Assembly (NCBI GenBank): GCA_020697715.1
Contig: JAEHCO010000004.1
Location: forward strand, 32,001-96,000
Length of the DNA: 64,000 nt
DNA from: Methanobacteriota archaeon
GTDB taxonomy: Archaea; Thermoplasmatota; Thermoplasmata; SG8-5; JAGLSY01
Direction of reading: 5' to 3'
The notes under the pieces: generated by a model
What the model was told of the DNA's origin: nothing
What the model saw: only the letters and a program-made list of their open reading frames with translations
Databases searched by the model: none
Program-made: the position numbers and the translations under genes
Part shown: piece after piece, positions 28,166 through 35,362 of the stretch
Numbering within the stretch: position 1 is the first letter of the stretch
Layout of the letters: each line of letters starts with the position of its first letter

Positions 28166-31100
28166 TATTCATCACCTCCTTCGCTTTCCGCACTGAGATC
28201 ACACCTCAGACACCTGGATGCCTCTTTCTTGGCACATTCAGGGTCCATGCACATGACAACTTCCTCGAAGCCGCATGTTCTGTCATCAGCGTTTAGTTCT
28301 TTCACGCCCTGCCTCTGCATTGGTTCTGCATTGTCTGGTTCGACATTGGAATAGTTGGTATTGTTCATCTTTTCCAACTGGGCCAATCGGTCATTGCCAC
28401 CCAAGAACAGATCGATGTTCCTGGCCGCCCTCTTACCATCAGCCACCACGTCGATCACACTTGCAGGTCCAGTTACCGCATCTCCACCAGCGAATATCTT
28501 CGGGAACCAAGCTGAGCTTCCTGTTCCTTCAACAGGTATCCACCTTGAATCGCCCACGATATTCATTCCACCAGCGAAGTCAGTATCCAATTGCTGTCCA
28601 ATGGCATTGACCACACGGTCGGCCCTTATCTCGACAGTCTCATCGGTAGCGACAGGTGATCTGCGACCCCACTTGGTGAAATCGCCCATGACATTCTTTC
28701 TGAAGACAGCTCCAACGACCTTTCCGCCTTCCACGATGAGTTTCTCGGGTGCGACCAGGAAGTGATATTCCACACCTTCCTCTCTGCAGTGTTCGATCTC
28801 CTCATCATAAGCTGGCATGTCATCCTCTTCTCGTCTGTAGCAGACGGTGACCTTGGTTCCCATTCGAATTGCAGTTCTGGCAACATCTATGGCAACGTTC
28901 CCACCGCCTATCACGAGAATGCTCTGACCCAGATCGACCGACTTGCCACTATTCATTTCCTTGAGCAGCTGAAGACCTGGAAGCACGCCTGGAAGTTCCT
29001 CGCCTTCCAGCCCCAGCTTCGTGTCCTTCTGGGCTCCGATGGCCAGGTATACCGCATCATTATCATTGAGCAGTGTTTCCATTGTTATGTCCTTACCCAC
29101 ACTAGTATTTGTTTTGGCCACAACACCCAGGTCGATAATGTCCTGGATCTCTTTGTCGATGATCTCATGTGGCAGCCTGTACTTTGGAATTCCATATCGT
29201 ACCCAGCCGCCCATTTTTTCTTGAGCTTCATAGATGGTTGGCTTGTACCCCATCCTTCTCAGGAAGTAGGCTGCTGAAAGACCAGATGGCCCTCCACCCA
29301 CAATGGCGATGGTCTTGTCCACATCATCAAGTGTGGATATCTTTCCAACACCTGCTTTGAAAGCCTCATCTGAAGCATATCTCTTGAGCTCACGAATGGC
29401 TATTGGCTCATCCAACTGCGCACGCTGGCATCTTCCTTCACAAGGGTGCTCACAGACCCTTCCACAAATGGATGGGAAGGGGTTTGCCTCTCTATTGACA
29501 TCATATGCCTCTGCGTACCTGCCTTCAGTTATCAATTGTATGTAGCCGGGCACATTGGTACCTGCTGGGCAAGTGTTCTGACATGGCGATTTGAACATGG
29601 CCGCACAAACAGATGCATCACATATCTTGTTCTCAATGTGGTCCACATACTCGTTCATGAAGTACTTCATGGTGGTCATGATCGGATTGGGTGCTGTTCC
29701 TCCAAGGGCGCAAAGTGCACTCGCACTAACTTGCTCTGAAAGGCTCGTCAGTACCTCAAGGTCTTCCATCACACCTTCTCCGTGACATATCTTCTCAAGT
29801 ATCTCCAGCAATCTTCTTGTTCCGATCCTGCAAGGAGTACATTTCCCACATGATTCCTCGGCTGTGAAAGTGAGGAAGTATCTTGCGACATCCACCATGC
29901 AGGTGTCCTCATCGAGAACCACCATTCCACCAGATCCAACAATGGAACCCAGTGTTTTCAGGTTATCATAATCCACGGGGATATCCAGGTGTTCCTCGGG
30001 TATACAACCTCCAGATGGACCACCGGTCTGAACGGCCTTGAACTTGCGACCATCCATGATACCGCCGCCGATCTCGTAGATGATGTCCTTCATCGGAATT
30101 CCCATTGGAACCTCGATAAGACCTGCGCGGTTCACTTTTCCTACTAAGGAGAAAACCTTGGTTCCAGTGCTTTTCTCAGTCCCCATGGTGGAGAACCATT
30201 CCCCGCCCCTCTGAAGGATCATAGCGATATTGGCCCATGTCTCGACATTGTTGATATTCGTAGGCTTGCCCCAAAGACCACTGACAGCAGGGAATGGAGG
30301 TCTTGGCCTTGGTTCGCCTCTCTTACCCTCGATGGAGTTTATGAGCGCGGTCTCTTCACCACAAACGAATACACCAGCTCCCTCACGGATATGTATCCTG
30401 AAGCTGTAGTCCATTCCAAAGACACGATCACCAAGTATACCATGTTCCTCTGCAGAAGCAATAGCTTTCTTCAGTTTTTCGATGGCCAGTGGGTATTCAG
30501 CACGGATGTAGATGTATCCGTCCGTTGCTCCCATTGCGTATCCTCCAATTATCATACCTTCGATAACACTGTGTGGATCTCCTTCCAGAACTGCACGATC
30601 CATGTAAGCACCAGGATCTCCTTCATCAGCATTACAGATGACGTATTTCACGTCACCTGGAGCCTTGTGACAGAACTCCCATTTCAAACCAGTTGGGAAA
30701 CCTGCTCCACCTCTTCCGCGGATCCCGGAAGTCTTGACCTCGCCGATTATCTCTTCGGGTGTCAATTCGAACAATGATCTGTAAGCAGCTCTGTAACCGC
30801 CCCTGGCTATGTATTCCTCAATATCTTCAGGAACAACAATTCCACAGTTCCTCAAGGCCACCCTTATCTGCTTGGCAAAGAAAGGTAGATCCTGATATTT
30901 TGGGATACCATCATAGACATCGGTCTCGGCAATTACACCATGCTCACACTCGGATATCTCGTCTGTAAGCTGGCACATTGCAAGCTCAGTTACTGGTTCC
31001 TCACCAACAAGGTGCTCATCCAGTATCTTCTTCAGTTTGTCAATGTCCATGTCCGAATAGGTAACACGTGGCTTTCCAGGTAATTTGATGTCGACCAATG

Positions 31101-31317
31101 GTTCCGCGTGGCACATACCGATGCAACCAACGGAAACGATGTCCGCATGAACATCGTTCTCATCCAGATACATCTCAGCATATTCCTTGAGCGGCATTCC
31201 GCCAGCTGCTATTCCACAGGTGGCCAATCCAAATATCACCTGGGGTGTTCCATTATCCATGGACTCCTTACCCCTCTGGGCCATGTCCCTGAGGTGGACT
31301 ATCTTGCTTATTTTCAT
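28165..31317 (-). CDS. NuoF/HydB-type diaphorase fused to a GltD/NfnB-type FAD oxidoreductase
   Basis: GCIGMCHAEP; GRGGAGFPTG, CNADEGDPG, CGEETAL, ESCGKCTPCR; CQNTCPAG, CGRVCEHPCE, GGGPSG, GGGNVAID, YRR. Confidence 0.9.
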   Translation of the reverse strand: MKISKIVHLRDMAQRGKESMDNGTPQVIFGLATCGIAAGGMPLKEYAEMYLDENDVHADIVSVGCIGMCHAEPLVDIKLPGKPRVTYSDMDIDKLKKILDEHLVGEEPVTELAMCQLTDEISECEHGVIAETDVYDGIPKYQDLPFFAKQIRVALRNCGIVVPEDIEEYIARGGYRAAYRSLFELTPEEIIGEVKTSGIRGRGGAGFPTGLKWEFCHKAPGDVKYVICNADEGDPGAYMDRAVLEGDPHSVIEGMIIGGYAMGATDGYIYIRAEYPLAIEKLKKAIASAEEHGILGDRVFGMDYSFRIHIREGAGVFVCGEETALINSIEGKRGEPRPRPPFPAVSGLWGKPTNINNVETWANIAMILQRGGEWFSTMGTEKSTGTKVFSLVGKVNRAGLIEVPMGIPMKDIIYEIGGGIMDGRKFKAVQTGGPSGGCIPEEHLDIPVDYDNLKTLGSIVGSGGMVVLDEDTCMVDVARYFLTFTAEESCGKCTPCRIGTRRLLEILEKICHGEGVMEDLEVLTSLSEQVSASALCALGGTAPNPIMTTMKYFMNEYVDHIENKICDASVCAAMFKSPCQNTCPAGTNVPGYIQLITEGRYAEAYDVNREANPFPSICGRVCEHPCEGRCQRAQLDEPIAIRELKRYASDEAFKAGVGKISTLDDVDKTIAIVGGGPSGLSAAYFLRRMGYKPTIYEAQEKMGGWVRYGIPKYRLPHEIIDKEIQDIIDLGVVAKTNTSVGKDITMETLLNDNDAVYLAIGAQKDTKLGLEGEELPGVLPGLQLLKEMNSGKSVDLGQSILVIGGGNVAIDVARTAIRMGTKVTVCYRREEDDMPAYDEEIEHCREEGVEYHFLVAPEKLIVEGGKVVGAVFRKNVMGDFTKWGRRSPVATDETVEIRADRVVNAIGQQLDTDFAGGMNIVGDSRWIPVEGTGSSAWFPKIFAGGDAVTGPASVIDVVADGKRAARNIDLFLGGNDRLAQLEKMNNTNYSNVEPDNAEPMQRQGVKELNADDRTCGFEEVVMCMDPECAKKEASRCLRCDLSAESEGGDE

Positions 31318-31793
31318 TCAGCAACCTCCTCGGTCTTGTAAGAATCAAGTATCTTTTGAAGGCCGCCTTTCTTCACACGACCATATGTCTCTTCATCTAT
31401 CATGATAACAGGCGAAAGACCACAGCAACCCAGACATCTGACAGACTCTAGTGAAAAGAGTCCATCTTTTGTGGTTCCGCCGGGTTTGATCTCCAGAATA
31501 TCTTCCAATTCCTGTGCGATACCAGAGCCACCTCTGACGTGGCACGCTGTACCACTGCAGACCTTGATGGTGTGCTTTCCAGGCGGATCAAATCTGAATT
31601 GTGGGTAGAAAGATACAACACCATAAAGCTCAGTTAATGAATATTCACTGTTCTCGGAAACATATGTGAGATATTCTTCTCCGACATATCCAAGAATTTC
31701 CTGAATATTCTGAAGGATAACGAGCTGCGGATCATCTATATTTGAATAAGTATCTAGTATAGTATCTATAATGAATTTGTCTTTAGCTTCCAT
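31314..31793 (-). CDS. NuoE/HydC-type [2Fe-2S] subunit
   Basis: VCSGTACHVRG, RCLGCCGLSP. Confidence 0.92.
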   Translation of the reverse strand: MEAKDKFIIDTILDTYSNIDDPQLVILQNIQEILGYVGEEYLTYVSENSEYSLTELYGVVSFYPQFRFDPPGKHTIKVCSGTACHVRGGSGIAQELEDILEIKPGGTTKDGLFSLESVRCLGCCGLSPVIMIDEETYGRVKKGGLQKILDSYKTEEVAE

Positions 31794-31801
31794 TCAGAAT
31801 C

Positions 31802-31855
31802 CCTCCATTTTCATTACGGGATTTTTAATGAAATCGCTTTGCTCTCTCATTAAAA
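31802..31855 (-). promoter_or_regulatory. Conserved intercistronic K-loop-like hairpin plus SD, copy 2
   Basis: UUUUAAUGAGA-GA-GCAAAG-C-GA-UUUCAUUAAAA...CCGUAAUGAAAAUGGAGG. Confidence 0.65.
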
Positions 31856-33631
31856 CTCACCTCCTTTTATCTGCTTGTCATAAGCCTCGATTATCTGCTT
31901 GGAGAACCAAACTGGCCCTTTGGACTCGCCCTTGAAATTCCTCAGGTAGTCCCTGCGCTGATCAATAATATCTATCGAAGTAGTTGGTATGGTTCCACCA
32001 CCAGTTAGGCAACCGTGGAAACATGGGTAAAATTCTACCACATTGTATCTTTTAGCGATGTCCTTTGTCAGGTATTTACTAGCCTTTGCCAGATCCTCGA
32101 TTATGAGGGCATTGAAGAATCCTTCTTCACTGTCGAAGGCCATTTCGTGAACATAATCCTCAAGAGTGGTCACAGCCAGCCTGGCATCGAGATTATTGAA
32201 CTTTCTCATGTAAGCCGTCTGTATTATTGCCAATGAGTAAGCATAGTCACTGCTCGCACCCTTGACAAACACACTGGACAAACCAAGCTCGCAATCGAAC
32301 ACACCATCAGCAGGATCATGGAAATCAATGTCCACGCCCTTCTGCTTGAGAAGCCTTGGAAGCTCTCTGGCGGTCAAGACCGCATCGATCTTCGAATTGC
32401 CCTTGTGGACGATACATGGCGACAGAAGGATTATCTTCAAAGTCTTCTCTCCCTTAGTGTATCTCTCACCCAGAACATCCAACATCATCTGCTCAGGCGA
32501 TGACACTTTCTGCAGATTCTTCTTGAATTCAGGATGGAATTTTCGGATATACGAATTGGCACTTGGACACCATGATGTGAAGACCATGTCGTCGTTCTCG
32601 CTAACATAGGTTCCCTGCGCTGCCAATGAAAGATAATTGAAGTGGGTGAAATCCACAACCCTGTCGGCTCCCAGTGATTTTAATGACGCTATGAGACTTC
32701 CCAATGCCTCGCCAAAGTCATCTCTGTCTGTTGGTAGGACCTCCATGGCTGCTGCCGCAGCCGTGAGATCGATGGCGAACACAACAAAATTGTTGGGATC
32801 ATCAAGTAATCCAATAGCCTTCTCCACATCGGAATGTTCGGAAAAAGCACCGACCGGACAGTTGACCAGACACTGTCCGCATGATATGCATTTATTATCA
32901 TCCAGGCCCTTATTGAAAGGCGTGGATATGATGGATTCATTTCCTTTATTTGTCAATCCAATGGCATGAATATCCAGGATCTCATTGCACACGATATCGC
33001 AATGCCTGCACAGTATGCATTTCTGAGGATCATATTGGATGATGGATCTTGTGTCGGCCTCCATTTCCCTTGCGGTAACACCGAATCTCAGATCCAGATT
33101 CTTCCTTGGGGCCATCGTGGTAAGACGCCTTATGTAGTACAGGACCTGTTCTTTCCGGACTGGACATCCACGGATATAGAAATCAACATCCACGACCTCA
33201 TTGAGCTTCTTTGTCGGGAAGACGTCGAAATACTCATTGTTCGCAATGTCCGCATCCGCATATACTTCTTTAAGATTCTCCGCATCTGGCCATTGGTTCC
33301 TCAGTTTATTGACACAACCAGTTGTGGCACAATCACCAAGAGCGATGAGGATCTTGGCATTGGCCCTGATCTCTTTCAGTCTTTTCTCATCAACTGGCCT
33401 GTTTATCGAACCCTCAATGAAGGCTATATCGTAGTCATCGGAATGTTCCTTCATGACCTCACGAAATGAGACTACCTCCACTGTATCCAAAAGCTCGAGG
33501 ATATCCTCCTCAAGATTGGCTATCTGCAGTTCACATCCTTCACAGCTTGCAAAATCAAAAATACCTACCTTATACTTAGGTGCGGTTTGGGCACTTTTGA
33601 CACTTTCTACATCAGAAACTACCATAGTCAT
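31850..33631 (-). CDS. Hybrid protein: [NiFe] small-subunit proximal domain, 2x[4Fe-4S] and a divergent [FeFe]-hydrogenase H-cluster domain
   Basis: FASCEGC, GDCA, RGCP; CILCRHC...C, CISCGQC...CP; FTSWCPSA, LSPCIVHK, VLTAREL, EFYPCFHGCLTGGG. Confidence 0.85.
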   Translation of the reverse strand: MTMVVSDVESVKSAQTAPKYKVGIFDFASCEGCELQIANLEEDILELLDTVEVVSFREVMKEHSDDYDIAFIEGSINRPVDEKRLKEIRANAKILIALGDCATTGCVNKLRNQWPDAENLKEVYADADIANNEYFDVFPTKKLNEVVDVDFYIRGCPVRKEQVLYYIRRLTTMAPRKNLDLRFGVTAREMEADTRSIIQYDPQKCILCRHCDIVCNEILDIHAIGLTNKGNESIISTPFNKGLDDNKCISCGQCLVNCPVGAFSEHSDVEKAIGLLDDPNNFVVFAIDLTAAAAAMEVLPTDRDDFGEALGSLIASLKSLGADRVVDFTHFNYLSLAAQGTYVSENDDMVFTSWCPSANSYIRKFHPEFKKNLQKVSSPEQMMLDVLGERYTKGEKTLKIILLSPCIVHKGNSKIDAVLTARELPRLLKQKGVDIDFHDPADGVFDCELGLSSVFVKGASSDYAYSLAIIQTAYMRKFNNLDARLAVTTLEDYVHEMAFDSEEGFFNALIIEDLAKASKYLTKDIAKRYNVVEFYPCFHGCLTGGGTIPTTSIDIIDQRRDYLRNFKGESKGPVWFSKQIIEAYDKQIKGGEF

Positions 33632-33849
33632 ACGTTCATGAAGGAAATTTTAGTATATATTCACCCCTCATAAAAAATAACATTAAGATTGTTAAGAATG
33701 CTACTGGCAACATATTGAAATTGCCATTGTTGCTATATTTACTAAACAACAATAGTAGTAATGATATATAAAATTGTACATATTAGTAGTGCACATTTGA
33801 TAGTAATCTATACAAAAATTATTAATAATGATAAATTATTGTCCATCGC

Positions 33850-34902
33850 ATGGCCGATATGCTAGAAGACGAACTTTCTCTCGCAATACTCGAAAAGATA
33901 TGTGATGGTGTCGGAGTGAGCATCAATGTAAGTGCTCTGGCCAAAAGCCTCGATCGCCACAGAAATACAATAAAATCACAGGTGACCGCACTTTTCGAGA
34001 ATGGAATATTGACAGCCCCCTACTATCCTTTCACCGGACTTTTCAAGGAACGACCACTTTTTTCCATTGTCAGGGCAGACCTTCCGAGGCAGGCCAGGAT
34101 CGACAAGTTCTTGGCAGAGGATGATACAATATTCGCCTCTTTCAAATCATGGGATGATGGTTATAACACATTGCTCTTCGAATTCCACAAGAGCATGTCC
34201 TCATACTTCTACTGGAAAGAGAAAATAGTGGAGGACGATAAGTTACCTCCACTAGAAAACCGATTCCCTGCCGATGTAGTATTTGTCAATAATGAACTTT
34301 TATTCAAATATGATCCAAATTCCAGCATAGCGTGCATGGATAAGAGATTCGATAAAGATGGAGAAATAATACTCAATGGCTACAAGTTGAATGAACTTGG
34401 ATTCAATATCCTGAAAAAATTATTGGTAGGAGAAGGCATCAAGACCAATGAACATCTGCTGTCGAAGGAACTGGACACCCACAGAAAGACCATTGAGAAA
34501 AGGATAGAGGCCTTGACACAGGCGAGACTTATTACACCGCCTGTTTGCAGATTCCCTCAATTCTGCATACCACCAGGGCATGTGTTTGTCGTGAGCTTCA
34601 TCAGGATCGATAAGTGCAAGGAACAGATCATCCAGTATATTCGGGATGATCCATGTGTGCCGATCGCCTACAGGGGTCATGTGGGCAAATACAACCTACT
34701 ATATTTCGGAGTCTTCCCCAATGTGGAGGAGCACTTCAACTGGGAGGAGATCCTGCATGCGAAATTCAAGGACGAGTGCTTCGGAGTAATGAAGAAAATA
34801 TACTTGTCTGAGAATATGACGGTTTCTATTGATAGAAAGAAGGTATCATTTGGAGTTCTGAAGGAGAAAAGAGCAGAACTGGAAGCCACGAAAACAAAGT
34901 GA
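33850..34902 (+). CDS. Tandem Lrp/AsnC-like winged-helix regulator, paralogue 2
   Basis: LAKSLDRHRNTIK / LSKELDTHRKTIE; colinear with 24583..25638. Confidence 0.7.
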   Translation: MADMLEDELSLAILEKICDGVGVSINVSALAKSLDRHRNTIKSQVTALFENGILTAPYYPFTGLFKERPLFSIVRADLPRQARIDKFLAEDDTIFASFKSWDDGYNTLLFEFHKSMSSYFYWKEKIVEDDKLPPLENRFPADVVFVNNELLFKYDPNSSIACMDKRFDKDGEIILNGYKLNELGFNILKKLLVGEGIKTNEHLLSKELDTHRKTIEKRIEALTQARLITPPVCRFPQFCIPPGHVFVVSFIRIDKCKEQIIQYIRDDPCVPIAYRGHVGKYNLLYFGVFPNVEEHFNWEEILHAKFKDECFGVMKKIYLSENMTVSIDRKKVSFGVLKEKRAELEATKTK

Positions 34903-34923
34903 AGCAAATTAGATTTAGATAGA

Positions 34924-35310
34924 TCAAAGCAATTCCTTGTATTTATCAGGAGATAACAGCTTATCAGCATCCGCGATATTAACGGGTTTGATAATAGCGA
35001 TCCATCCTTTTACATAAGGATCCTCATTGATGAGCTCGGGTGTGTCTTCCAAGTCCGAATTCACTTCCACGACCTCACCAGCAATTGGTGAAAAGACATC
35101 ACTGGTAGATTTGACGGATTCAACAATACCAAGCTCCACATCTGGGGAAATATTATCACCAACAGATGGTAGCTCGACATAGACAATATCGGTCAGTTCA
35201 CCCTGTGCATGATCTGTTATGCCAATTCGAACAAGATCTCCTTCGACCTTCACCCATTCGTGCTTCTCTGTGTATTTCAAACCATCTGGAACATTGCTCA
35301 TTTCGCTCAC
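34924..35310 (-). CDS. gcvH: Glycine cleavage system H protein
   Basis: [20 protein letters not shown] (lipoyl Lys), INEDPY..GW. Confidence 0.95.
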   Translation of the reverse strand: MSEMSNVPDGLKYTEKHEWVKVEGDLVRIGITDHAQGELTDIVYVELPSVGDNISPDVELGIVESVKSTSDVFSPIAGEVVEVNSDLEDTPELINEDPYVKGWIAIIKPVNIADADKLLSPDKYKELL

Positions 35311-35362
35311 CTATGGAGAGGGGATGTGGAAAAGGAATATTAATATTTTGGATGATAAGTTT

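Noticed and set aside
19510-33631. Selenocysteine recoding / SECIS role for the intercistronic hairpins
   Set aside because: All hydrogenase Cys motifs are intact Cys codons with no in-frame TGA, and the hairpin lacks the archaeal SECIS GAA/A internal loop plus GC stem.
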